Origin: Candidatus Margulisiibacteriota bacterium
GTDB taxonomy: Bacteria; Margulisbacteria; Marinamargulisbacteria; JBFWNS01
Direction of reading: 5' to 3'
NCBI GenBank assembly: GCA_050250935.1
Contig: JBFWNS010000003.1
Span: 64,001 to 128,000, forward strand
DNA length: 64,000 bases
Each line of letters begins with the position of its first letter. Within the stretch, counting starts at the first letter, position 1. The notes beneath the pieces were generated by a model. The model was not told where the DNA came from. It saw only the letters and a list, made by a program, of their open reading frames with translations, and did no database searches. Positions 37,440 through 47,062 of this stretch are shown piece after piece. The position numbers and the translations under genes were made by a program.

Positions 37440-40400
37440 ATGCTTTGGTTTAAGCAGCTGGCTTTATCTTCTTTCGGTCTGCTTCCTGTTCGAAGGGAAG
37501 CAGGCCAGCTTGCTGCAATTTTGAAAGCTCATGGGCGTTTAGATCTTTTTCAAGCAGTCTTAGACAAGCGAACCTTTCACGATCTTCATGCATTTCTTTT
37601 AGACCAATTAACCCAGATTCCAAAACCCGAGACTCCTTCCAGTTTTTGGGCTGGGATAGAGGCTGATGATGAACCTAAAAGTATTGAGTATTTAGGACAG
37701 GTTGATGTTCATATGATGCTCGCCATCGACGTCCTAACCTGGTTTCTTAACAAAACCCTAAAACCTGACAGCCTGCAAAGCGTGTTGTCGTTGACCCTTC
37801 CAGATGCTGTCGAGGAAGGTGCTGCGGCCGTGGCTGGGGTTGCCCGTGCCGAAAGAACGCCTCGGATGCCGAGGAACTTGGATGCGATTCAATTTACGTT
37901 GGCCACTCGAGGGGTGTCTGGGGATGTTTATGCAACTTGTTTTCGCGCTAATCAGCAAGCTGTGGCGCGCTATGTAGAATATGGTCTTGGGCGTGATTTT
38001 TCTGCGGAATCGGCTCATTTTGAGGCTGAAATACACAGGCTTTGGGAAGGTCTTTTGAGCCACATGGACAACTATGCGGAAAACAGGTTGTCTGGACTTA
38101 AATTTTGTGTTGGCGACAATCCGATTCTGTTTGTCGATTTTTTGCTTACCTTTATTCAAGTGTGTCGAAAAGCATCTGGAACCAACAGGCGTAGTATCGT
38201 TGGAATTTCACCTGATGATATCTGGCATCAGGTTTTGATTGGTCATCGAAGTGAGCAGGCTATTCTTCGGCATCTTGCGGTTTTTTTAATCCATGAACCT
38301 TCTAGAAGCGTCCAAGATAGTGGCCACTTTTTAAAACGGCTTGTGGATCATGCGCTTAATGCCTTTGAAGGCTTATCTTCCGAAATGTGTGCGTGTTCGG
38401 TGGCACAATTGTCCAGCCACGAAAGACAGGCGACGCTTACATTTGGTCGTTTTTCTTCGCCTAAAAATAGACTTCAAGTTGGTCAATTTTTTGAGGGTTT
38501 TGAAAGAGATTGTCCTGTTTTGTTTAGACAACGCGTTGCTGAATTGGAAAGAACACTACAGAATATGCAAGCGCGGGTTATGGCACGCTATGAGGACTTG
38601 TGTCGTAAACTTAGTAAGGATGAAACAGACACTCATTTGCCTGGATCTCATTACTCGGCTTTGTTTGAGAAGTTGCAACAATTTGAAGGTGAATTTTTGA
38701 CGTTTCGCCAGGGTCTTATACCAGATGGTTTGAATAGCCTAGAAGCGTTTGAGGCTTTGTTCGAAGACCTTAACAGTCGTTTTGATTTGTTGTCGGGATT
38801 GGGAAATAAACTAGCGTCGACCGCTCCAATGAAAGACCTTGGTTCCCCAGTAGAACAGGATCGCTATTTTGAAGATTTGAGTAACCAATTGGCCACTTTT
38901 GACAAGAACCTTATTTCGGTTAGTTATCAAGCGTTTTTGAGACAGTTAAAGGCTCTAATGAAGTCTGTAGGAATTCCAGAACATCGTACTATCAAGATTG
39001 ACTGCTTGATATCTTCTACTAAGATGTCCCATGAAACTGATCGTCTTAGGTTGGGATACGTGTGTTATGTGGCAGAGGGGTTACGTTGTTGTTTAGCGGG
39101 GCAGGAGAACCTTAGGACCTTTTTGAGTTCTTTGGTTGAAGATAATCCTAGTGTTCAGCCTAAGGATTTTTCCCAGCCTACGGATTTATACAGCGTTGCT
39201 CAAGTGGCGCATTTGGTTGGAAAGGCTGATGGTTGTATACGCCAGTTGTTTGAAGATGTACGCGATAGGATAGATTCTTGTAAGCGTCATAATCAACGGT
39301 TGTCAATGCCCAGGTCCGCTGCTGCTGCTGCTGCTGCTACTTCTGCTGCAAGTAGAGTTGCCCATGCAACCGATCTTTATTTCGAGCTTAAGGCTCTTGA
39401 CCGGTTGGAGAGGGCTTTGGACAAACCGCTTTTGGAGATTTTACAGGAGTCCATGCCAGAGGTGGTGCTTGCGGCTTCTTCTGGGACTTCTCCCAGAGCT
39501 TCAGCTCGAGTGGCTGAAGCTGCGGCAAATGCTCAAGCCTTGTTGTCCCCTCGAGATGGGCTGCGTGTTGGCCTTTCTCCCCAAAGGGTTAGTCGTGAAG
39601 AGGTGTGCCGTGTTGCAACTTCGAAAAGGGCTGAACAGTATATTTTTTGTGCTTTTGTTTGCTTTTTGGGGGTAAAAGAACAGGTTGGTTTTAGTCATGT
39701 TCAGTTGCGCGACAAACGGTTAACCGATGGTGTCTTTAATTTGATGGCCAATGGCTTGGATGCTTTTTTAGGATGGGCTGAATCTTATGAGAGTGGAGCC
39801 TCATCCAGTTCGACGACTCCAAGAGAGTTGACGCCTTTTGCGTTAGGTCCCCGAGCAACGGCTGCTATAGAGGCTGCTCAGAAACGTGCCCTCCAGCCTT
39901 CGCCTCTTGCTGCTGCAACAGGCACGGTATCTGTTGACGGAGATGCAACAACCCCACCTTCTTCCCCTGTTTTAGGCGATTGGCGTGTAGCCCGTACAGC
40001 CGAGGATTCTGCTGCTGCCGAAAAGCGTCAGCTTCGAGAACAGCTCGAAGCGCTTCGTGAAAGTGCTAGATTTGTTGCTGGCCCTTCTTCGCCCTATGCA
40101 TCTCGTAGACTATCCTCTGGTTTCGCTTCTCCGTCCGATGGGACTCCAGATCGTGGAACGCCACGGTCTTTGGGGTCTGTTTTTGAAAGTCCGGCTTCTG
40201 CCGCGTCTGAAGATGGATGTAAAAGCTCTGGTTTGGTTCGTCGGCCTTCTTTGGTTTATCAGTCTTTTCACGCACTCCAATTGCGTAGAGCAGAAGCGCA
40301 AGCTACTCGGGGTTCTAAAGAAGTTTCAGCCGCAAGGGATAGAAGGGCTGCTGATGGCACTCAGGACCCAACTAGATATTCCCTGGAACCGCTGGATGGC

Positions 40401-41156
40401 TCTTCGGACGAGCGTATTAAAAGCCTCCAGGCCGCTGCAGAGGCGAGGCGCTTGACCGATGAGTCTCGTCTTTCGATTGACAGCGACGAGGGCGAGTGGA
40501 CTGCTCCAGCCAGCCCAGGTATTACATTTCGGAGACGAAGTGTATCGGATGGCGATCCCCGACGATCCGCAGGGACATCTCCCAGAGGTTCTGAGAGCTC
40601 TGCTCGAGTACGCAGTCTTTCTCGGGAAGAGATGATTCGAATTGTCAGAGACTCTGTGGCCCGTCATAGGCAAGAACAACCCGCTGATTCTGCACGAAGT
40701 GCAGTGGATAGCCTTCGTGGAGAACCACGGGAAGCGGTTGTTATGGAGATGGCAGAACGATATTTGTCGGCGTCTCTTGCGGGTCGAGAGCTTCCCCAGA
40801 CCTACGAGAATCTTTATTATACTCATGCTGCTGCTCGGGTTCTTACAGAGGATCGTAGACGAATACGATCCAGCGACCCTGAACAAACCCGGTCTAGCGG
40901 TGCCTCTTCTGCTCGCCCAAGCTCGAGTCAAAGTGCAGCGGCTGCAACCCGAGGTGTTGCGATGGCTGCGGCGGCACGCCATCATATTGGCCATCGTCTT
41001 GCGCCACCGCCTGCTGTTCGAGAACGAGATGGTTGGAATTCTTCGACCCGGTTAGGAAGTCAAATGGCTCAAAAATTGGACCGGCTTCATGTCAGGAGGA
41101 ATGGTGTTGATTCACCCCCTTCTGATTCTAGACCTGGAGGTAGATCTAAACGGTAA
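37440..41156 (+). CDS. Hypothetical 1238-aa protein, helical N-half, Ser/Arg/Pro-rich disordered C-half
   Basis: Long uninterrupted ORF 12 nt after the previous gene. Confidence 0.85.
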   Translation: MLWFKQLALSSFGLLPVRREAGQLAAILKAHGRLDLFQAVLDKRTFHDLHAFLLDQLTQIPKPETPSSFWAGIEADDEPKSIEYLGQVDVHMMLAIDVLTWFLNKTLKPDSLQSVLSLTLPDAVEEGAAAVAGVARAERTPRMPRNLDAIQFTLATRGVSGDVYATCFRANQQAVARYVEYGLGRDFSAESAHFEAEIHRLWEGLLSHMDNYAENRLSGLKFCVGDNPILFVDFLLTFIQVCRKASGTNRRSIVGISPDDIWHQVLIGHRSEQAILRHLAVFLIHEPSRSVQDSGHFLKRLVDHALNAFEGLSSEMCACSVAQLSSHERQATLTFGRFSSPKNRLQVGQFFEGFERDCPVLFRQRVAELERTLQNMQARVMARYEDLCRKLSKDETDTHLPGSHYSALFEKLQQFEGEFLTFRQGLIPDGLNSLEAFEALFEDLNSRFDLLSGLGNKLASTAPMKDLGSPVEQDRYFEDLSNQLATFDKNLISVSYQAFLRQLKALMKSVGIPEHRTIKIDCLISSTKMSHETDRLRLGYVCYVAEGLRCCLAGQENLRTFLSSLVEDNPSVQPKDFSQPTDLYSVAQVAHLVGKADGCIRQLFEDVRDRIDSCKRHNQRLSMPRSAAAAAAATSAASRVAHATDLYFELKALDRLERALDKPLLEILQESMPEVVLAASSGTSPRASARVAEAAANAQALLSPRDGLRVGLSPQRVSREEVCRVATSKRAEQYIFCAFVCFLGVKEQVGFSHVQLRDKRLTDGVFNLMANGLDAFLGWAESYESGASSSSTTPRELTPFALGPRATAAIEAAQKRALQPSPLAAATGTVSVDGDATTPPSSPVLGDWRVARTAEDSAAAEKRQLREQLEALRESARFVAGPSSPYASRRLSSGFASPSDGTPDRGTPRSLGSVFESPASAASEDGCKSSGLVRRPSLVYQSFHALQLRRAEAQATRGSKEVSAARDRRAADGTQDPTRYSLEPLDGSSDERIKSLQAAAEARRLTDESRLSIDSDEGEWTAPASPGITFRRRSVSDGDPRRSAGTSPRGSESSARVRSLSREEMIRIVRDSVARHRQEQPADSARSAVDSLRGEPREAVVMEMAERYLSASLAGRELPQTYENLYYTHAAARVLTEDRRRIRSSDPEQTRSSGASSARPSSSQSAAAATRGVAMAAAARHHIGHRLAPPPAVRERDGWNSSTRLGSQMAQKLDRLHVRRNGVDSPPSDSRPGGRSKR

Positions 41157-41171
41157 GGACCCAGAACTCTA

Positions 41172-44084
41172 CTAAAAATTAACCTGAACCCGCCCCGTCC
41201 CGTCCCATAAGGCATAGCCTGGGTTGTTTTTGGATTCATGGTTCAGGGTCAGGCTAACCAGAACCCGGCGGTTTAAATCGAGGCTGACGCTGTTGTTCCA
41301 GGTTTGGGTAAGGGTGATGGCTTCGGGGCGGTTTTCAGTCAGAAGGCTGTATTTCGAGTTGAGTAGTAGGGCGCCAAATAGGCGTAAATCTACTTCGATT
41401 TCGGGTTTTTGAGACCTAAAATCGAGGCTGTTTTCGGTGTTGAGGCTTTCGCTATAGGCCAGCCGAACCGCAGAGCCGCCTCCCAATTCGATGCGGTCTG
41501 AAACCGTTAGGGTGTTTTTTAGTAGGCTGTTGGCGCTGGGTTCGGTTACGATGGTTTTTTCAGACTCTGCGCCCAAGCCGAAGAGCATGAAGCCCCATTG
41601 GTGGGTCAGCTCGCTTTTCAAATGATCGGCTTGGCTGTGGGTTAGGGTGTAGGTGGCGTTTTGGGTGCTGGCCAGGGCCCAGTCCCATTTTTGTTCGGTT
41701 TCGTATTGCACTTGAATTCGGGTTTGTGGGGTTAACGAGGTCTGGGCTTTGGCGATGTAGGTGGTGGTTTTTTGGGTGGCTTCCGAAAACGTCGCCAGGG
41801 GAAAATAGGCCAGCTGAAGCCGATCCTGGTTCTGAAGCCGGGCCGAAAAGGCCGTGGTTGCCCAAGCGCCAAATCCCGAGGTTAAATCCCATTGCTGTTC
41901 GGTGTTGTTATAGGCAAATTGACCCGAACTTTTGATTTTTTCTTGCTTGGCCTTCAGGTTGTATTTTAATCGAAGGGTTTTAAGGGGGTCTAGCGATGTT
42001 CGAACCTGATAATCCCATTTTTCGGTATCCGTGGCTTGATTGTTGTAGCTTTCGTTCAAACTTTCCAAATTCAAACTGCCATCCACCGTCAATCCCCCAA
42101 TGGGGCGATATTGGGTGTTGGCGTTGATCACGGTAATGGGCAGGACATTCGATTGCCGCCGAGACTCGATAAAGCCATCCAGATCCAAGGCCGTACTTTT
42201 CCAGCGGCTGGACAGTTTGGCCCCCGCTTCTTTGGCCGAGACATGGGCCAGGGTTTCTTGGTTTTTAAACCGACCCTCCATACTGACGGTGTTTTGATCG
42301 CCCAAAGGCAAACTATAGCCACTTTCGATTTGGGCAAAGGTATAGCTGTCTTGGGGGCTAATGCCCTGCCTTTGCTCGAGACTGGTGTTGGCCAACCATT
42401 GTCCAGGACCGATGGGGTGGGTCAGGGCCAGGGTTTCGGTAGATCTTGTGTAAAAGGTGCTGTTGCCCGTACTGGGAAGTTCAATATGGTCAAAAACCCG
42501 CACCGCGCTTTTGAGCTGTCCCTGCCACAGGGGGAAAGATACCCCTGCCAAAGATTCCGTTTCCCGTTGTGGGGTGCCGCCCAGGGTTTGGGATTGGGCG
42601 AAGCTTTTCAGCGAGAGTTGAACCGGTCCTGCTGTAGCGTCGCTTTCGATTCCCAAGTGGGTGTCGCCTGGACTAAATTGCCCGGCCGAAATGGGTCGAA
42701 AGGTTGTGCCATAACTTTTCCCGAAAACGAATAGTCGCACTGTATCGCCGGTGTAGCCCAATTTGATGGATCCGGCTTGCCCGTCTTCAACCACATTGGT
42801 GCTGGTGGTATCGGGTAAATAATGGGTTAGGCCGACTTCGCCTTCCGCTGTCCATCGCTCCCAGCTGTGTTTGTGGTGCACAATCAGTACATCGTTTTGG
42901 GCATAGGCTTGGGTATCGGGTTGCGAGGCCCGTTTCTGCAAATAGGTGATGCTGCTGTTGATCGATGGTGAAAACGAATAGCCATAGCCAAGCCCGATTA
43001 CCTGGTCTTTGTACAAGGCGTTTTCGCTGTCATAGGTTAAGGTGATTTCGTCTTCGGGAATCAAAATCCGTTTTAAAAATTTAATGCGACCAGTGGTGAA
43101 GTCGATTTCATAGTCCACGTCTTTTTGCTGCAAAACCCGGTTTAAATAGATTTTTTGAGAGTTGGGTACAACGGGTTTAAATTTAACTTCGTAGGGTCCT
43201 TGGCTGTTGTTACCATACTGCACTTCTTTTTTACCTTGTCCCCGGGGGTTGGACAAAATCAGCTTGGCATTATGATCCCCCAGCTTCAGTTTGGCTTGAA
43301 TCCCGTCGATTTGTTCTTGATAGGGCATCAGATCCAGTCGGCTAAAATCGGCTAAAAATTCCCCAAAAATCACATGGGCAAACTGGTTTTCAAGCTCAAT
43401 TCGGGTTTTGTTTTCCTCTTTGCTGGCCACCGATGATTGGTTAATTTCCACATTCACACTGGTGCCAAGGGCTTGCCCAATAGCCAGAAATTTCAGGGTT
43501 TCGGACCGGGTTAAGCCATTGCTAAATCCATCTGGGGCCTGGCCACTGCTTTTTTTGCCCTGAAATTCCACGGTTTTGTAGCCTGAAAAGGTCATGTTGG
43601 CCGACACAATTTTTTGGATGTAGGCAATGGGGTTGAGGGGTTCTGGCTCTGCCGTCCAATAGTCTTCTGCGTTGGGTAGGTTGGGTCGAGGGACCAACCC
43701 CAGTGTTTCCCAGCGATTGTCTAGATCATAGCCATAAATAGCGTTTTTTTTTTGAGCAAATAAAGGGGAAAGGGGTTCTGGGGCCAAGGCAGCCGAAACG
43801 GTTGGCGGGGTGGGGTTGTCTGCGGCCATTTCCAGAGGACTTTCTTCGATGTGTACTTGTTGGGACGCGTTTAAATGTTCATTAACGTGGTGGAGTTGGT
43901 GCTTGAGTTCCAAAATTCTGGGCAATACCTCGGCTTCGTTGGCCGTGGTCATTTGGGCTTCGAGGCTTTGAATGCTATAGACCAATTGTTTTTTCTGCCC
44001 TTCGAAGTTTTGGGCGATCAGGGCTGTTCCCCAAAAAAATATGCAGAGCACACCAATCAAAAGCCCCTTTTTTGAAACTTTCAT
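41172..44084 (-). CDS. Large outer-membrane beta-barrel protein with SprA-like segment
   Basis: Start MKVSKK at 44084 with signal peptide; VPNSQKIYLN..DVDYEIDFTTGRIKF; many amphipathic strands; C-terminal VQVNF. Confidence 0.7.
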   Translation of the reverse strand: MKVSKKGLLIGVLCIFFWGTALIAQNFEGQKKQLVYSIQSLEAQMTTANEAEVLPRILELKHQLHHVNEHLNASQQVHIEESPLEMAADNPTPPTVSAALAPEPLSPLFAQKKNAIYGYDLDNRWETLGLVPRPNLPNAEDYWTAEPEPLNPIAYIQKIVSANMTFSGYKTVEFQGKKSSGQAPDGFSNGLTRSETLKFLAIGQALGTSVNVEINQSSVASKEENKTRIELENQFAHVIFGEFLADFSRLDLMPYQEQIDGIQAKLKLGDHNAKLILSNPRGQGKKEVQYGNNSQGPYEVKFKPVVPNSQKIYLNRVLQQKDVDYEIDFTTGRIKFLKRILIPEDEITLTYDSENALYKDQVIGLGYGYSFSPSINSSITYLQKRASQPDTQAYAQNDVLIVHHKHSWERWTAEGEVGLTHYLPDTTSTNVVEDGQAGSIKLGYTGDTVRLFVFGKSYGTTFRPISAGQFSPGDTHLGIESDATAGPVQLSLKSFAQSQTLGGTPQRETESLAGVSFPLWQGQLKSAVRVFDHIELPSTGNSTFYTRSTETLALTHPIGPGQWLANTSLEQRQGISPQDSYTFAQIESGYSLPLGDQNTVSMEGRFKNQETLAHVSAKEAGAKLSSRWKSTALDLDGFIESRRQSNVLPITVINANTQYRPIGGLTVDGSLNLESLNESYNNQATDTEKWDYQVRTSLDPLKTLRLKYNLKAKQEKIKSSGQFAYNNTEQQWDLTSGFGAWATTAFSARLQNQDRLQLAYFPLATFSEATQKTTTYIAKAQTSLTPQTRIQVQYETEQKWDWALASTQNATYTLTHSQADHLKSELTHQWGFMLFGLGAESEKTIVTEPSANSLLKNTLTVSDRIELGGGSAVRLAYSESLNTENSLDFRSQKPEIEVDLRLFGALLLNSKYSLLTENRPEAITLTQTWNNSVSLDLNRRVLVSLTLNHESKNNPGYALWDGTGRVQVNF

Positions 44085-44953
44085 TGATTGATCAACTTGA
44101 GGACTTTGTTGTTTAAAGAATCGGTGACAAACAAGACCGATCCCCACCCAAACAAATCGCTGGGTTCTCCGGGAATGGCAACGGTTTGTAAATAGTCGCC
44201 CGAGGTTTGAAACTGCAGCAGGGCCCGTCCTGGTTTGTCGGCCACCCATAGGGTGCCATCGGTATTCAAAAACAGGGCTTGGGGGCCAACCAAATTTTGA
44301 GCCTCTGGGGCAGTCGAGAAGGCTTTTTGAAAAACCCCATAGGGCGTGTAACATTTCAGCTTGGTGTCGGATTCATCGGCCACCACAATCGATTGATCGG
44401 GCAAAACCACCACATCTTTTGGGAAATACAGCCTTTCCTTTTCCGATCCCCATTGCCCAAACTCGAATAAAAAGACCCCCGTACTGTCAAAAACCTGAAC
44501 CCTGTGGTTGCCCGTGTCGCAGCTATAGCGTCGCCCATAGGCATCGAGGGTAATCCCCTGAGGATGGTCATAGTCCCCTGCCGAAATCCCCAATTGACCG
44601 GAACTTTTAAGGTACACCCCTTCGTAGGTATAGGTGATGATTCGGTTGTTGTGGGTATCGGTTACCAACAACTGGCGGTTCAACAAAGCCAAGCCCGTGG
44701 GATGGTCCAGATTAAACAATCGATCGGGCAATCGTTGAAACTGATCAATCACCCGCAGGTCTTGGTCCAGGCGCAAAATACGGTTATTGCCAGAGTCGGC
44801 CACGTACAAATAGAAGCTGTCCCCTGTAATACCACTGGGCGCATTGAGACTGGTTTGTGTGGTGCCATACCGCCCCGTCTCTTGGGCGATTCGCCAGGTT
44901 GCCTGAATGGGAAGTGCCAATAGCAGCAATGCCAGTGTCAGTTTGAGTTTCAC
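44081..44953 (-). CDS. Exported NHL-repeat beta-propeller protein
   Basis: Signal peptide; repeats PSGI..LYVADSGNNRI, PQGI..DTGNHRVQVF. Confidence 0.9.
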   Translation of the reverse strand: MKLKLTLALLLLALPIQATWRIAQETGRYGTTQTSLNAPSGITGDSFYLYVADSGNNRILRLDQDLRVIDQFQRLPDRLFNLDHPTGLALLNRQLLVTDTHNNRIITYTYEGVYLKSSGQLGISAGDYDHPQGITLDAYGRRYSCDTGNHRVQVFDSTGVFLFEFGQWGSEKERLYFPKDVVVLPDQSIVVADESDTKLKCYTPYGVFQKAFSTAPEAQNLVGPQALFLNTDGTLWVADKPGRALLQFQTSGDYLQTVAIPGEPSDLFGWGSVLFVTDSLNNKVLKLINQ

Positions 44954-45888
44954 AGTTGTATCCCCACCATCAATCGGGATCCATCTTGATACCGCACCGC
45001 ACTGCTGCCCACATAGGCATAGTCGATGCTAAAGCCTTGCCAAGTTAACCCCAAGCCCCCGGTTAAATGGGTGGCCCCAGCGCCTGCACGAAACACGATC
45101 ATGTTGGCGAAGGTATAGTCGGCGGCAATGCTTCCTGTAATGCCCCGAAGGTTCGAAAGTGCCATGTCCCATTGCGTGTAGACCGTAAAATCGCCAAGTT
45201 GTTGGGCCAGCCCCACAACAGCGATGCGTTCGAATGTTTCAGCCGTACCTGTTTCCCAGTGGGTATAGGACAAGGCGTTTTTTAAATGGGCTCCCAAGGT
45301 TGTTTCCGAAGCCAGTTGATATTGAATGCCAGGGGTTAGTCCCAACCCATAGCTTCGGCCCTGCTCGACGTTGGTCATGGATTTGATAAACCCAATGCCA
45401 GAAAGTCCCACACTGCACTGGGCATTCACGGCATAGGCCACACTTCCCACCACAGCATGGGCGCCATAGGTGGACCAGGCGTTGGGTGCGATGTCTGTAT
45501 TCAACGAGGCATTTTCGGTTGGGGTTAAAGGAATGTCGGTCACCTGCAGCTCCATCCAGGTCAGGCCAAGGGTCCAGTCTTTACCAATAGGCAGAACGCC
45601 ATTTAAAGCAAATAGCCCGATGCCATCTCCCAATCCGTTTTGCATGGATTGCACGGTGGTTTTTGAAATACCCTGCAAGCCAGCGGGATTGTAAAGGCCA
45701 GCAGAGGGGTTTTGGGGTTTTGCCGTTACCGCCTCATGCAGGCCCAATGCCCCGGCAAAATAGCCAAGTCCCATCAAATCGAGATCGTGAACCGAGGCTG
45801 AAAGCGCAGTAACAGCTGTGCTCCACAGCAGGCAAAAACAAAGGGATAAAGCCCATTTTATGCGGTTTTTTTGGATTAAAAGGTTCAC
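44950..45888 (-). CDS. PorV/PorQ (FadL-like) family outer-membrane barrel
   Basis: ALGL.EA.TA....PSAGLYNPAGL, DIPLT, FSIDYAY. Confidence 0.7.
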   Translation of the reverse strand: MNLLIQKNRIKWALSLCFCLLWSTAVTALSASVHDLDLMGLGYFAGALGLHEAVTAKPQNPSAGLYNPAGLQGISKTTVQSMQNGLGDGIGLFALNGVLPIGKDWTLGLTWMELQVTDIPLTPTENASLNTDIAPNAWSTYGAHAVVGSVAYAVNAQCSVGLSGIGFIKSMTNVEQGRSYGLGLTPGIQYQLASETTLGAHLKNALSYTHWETGTAETFERIAVVGLAQQLGDFTVYTQWDMALSNLRGITGSIAADYTFANMIVFRAGAGATHLTGGLGLTWQGFSIDYAYVGSSAVRYQDGSRLMVGIQL

Positions 45889-46015
45889 TCAAATTCCATT
45901 TTGTGTGTGTGAAGTAAGGACAGAGGGCTGATGAAGAATCAGCTGGAGGATCGTATCATTTTAAGTAACTGTCTGTAAATAGATATTCATTTTATAAAAA
46001 CATAACGTCGTATTG

Positions 46016-46996
46016 CTATAGCGAGGTGTTTAAAGAAAAAATGGCCTCTAGCCCCAAATGATCCGAGGCTGTTTGGAAGGTATCGATGCGATGTTTTTGT
46101 ATAAGGCTCAGGTGTTGGGGGTTGTAGAGAATTTGGCAGAGGGCGCGGTTGGGTGAATTGCTTGGAAAATCCAAAAACTCAGGGGTTGGGGGAAACGTTT
46201 TTTGGAGCCCCTTTTCAGTTAAAATAGCGAGTGTTTCGTCGTTGAAATAGTCAATATCGGGTTCGTCAGGGTATGTTTGGGCCTGGGTGGGTTCGACGGC
46301 ATTGAAGTCGCCGGCCAACAAGTCGCAGGGGTCTAGTTTTGGGGTCAAAGCCTGTGCTTGGGCCACTCGGGTGGGTTTATCAAACGCTTCTAAATGAACA
46401 TTCCCAAGAATCAGGGTTTTGTTCCTGATCTGAATCTCTAGTTTTTGAAAAACCCGATTCAGGTAAAAATGGTTGTACCAAAAGGGACGATTGATGGGCT
46501 TTTGCAAAACAACATGGGTTTGGTTGGTGATGGGAAATTTGGACAACACAATCTGCCCACCCCAGGTTGGCCCAAAGTGTCGCCAAATTTTGACTGTTAA
46601 AGGATAGGGCACCCAAAGCCGATTCCAGGTGGTTACAAAGGCCATATAGGGATACTTTAGCCGACGCTGAAGTTCGTGGTGTTGGGCTATAAATCCCGAT
46701 CGTTTTGCCGAAAAATCCACTTCTTGCAAACACACGATGTCGGGGTCTTCGGTCTGAATGGTTTGAATCATTTGGGATAAATTTTGATTGAGCGTGGTGT
46801 TTGAAACAGGTTCAATCAGCCCCGAAAGTCCGGCGCAAAATCCCAAATTCAGGTTCAAAATAGAGAAGAAATCGGGTGGCTCTGTTTTGGCTGGTGTTTC
46901 TGGCAGCTGGACAATGCCCGACGTGGGTCGATACCCAAAGGGCAAGGCCATTAACACGATCAGGCATAGAAGTCCCAAAACCATGGCCATTTCCAT
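46016..46996 (-). CDS. Endonuclease/exonuclease/phosphatase (EEP) family protein
   Basis: LNLG, DIVCLQEVD, NVHL, AGDFNA, SDH; start 46996 or 47002. Confidence 0.9.
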   Translation of the reverse strand: MEMAMVLGLLCLIVLMALPFGYRPTSGIVQLPETPAKTEPPDFFSILNLNLGFCAGLSGLIEPVSNTTLNQNLSQMIQTIQTEDPDIVCLQEVDFSAKRSGFIAQHHELQRRLKYPYMAFVTTWNRLWVPYPLTVKIWRHFGPTWGGQIVLSKFPITNQTHVVLQKPINRPFWYNHFYLNRVFQKLEIQIRNKTLILGNVHLEAFDKPTRVAQAQALTPKLDPCDLLAGDFNAVEPTQAQTYPDEPDIDYFNDETLAILTEKGLQKTFPPTPEFLDFPSNSPNRALCQILYNPQHLSLIQKHRIDTFQTASDHLGLEAIFSLNTSL

Positions 46997-47062
46997 CCTC
47001 ATAAATTACCACAATTCCTGTATACTATAGAATCATCATTCCATATTACGAGGGAGACATTT

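Noticed and set aside
31758..41156. Prophage or mobile element explanation for the orphan block
   Set aside because: No integrase, transposase, phage structural motifs, tRNA or terminal repeats were seen.
44085..44354. N-terminal 90 aa of the 1060-aa ORF call
   Set aside because: It overlaps the NHL gene; the signal peptide starts at 44084 with a 4-nt overlap.
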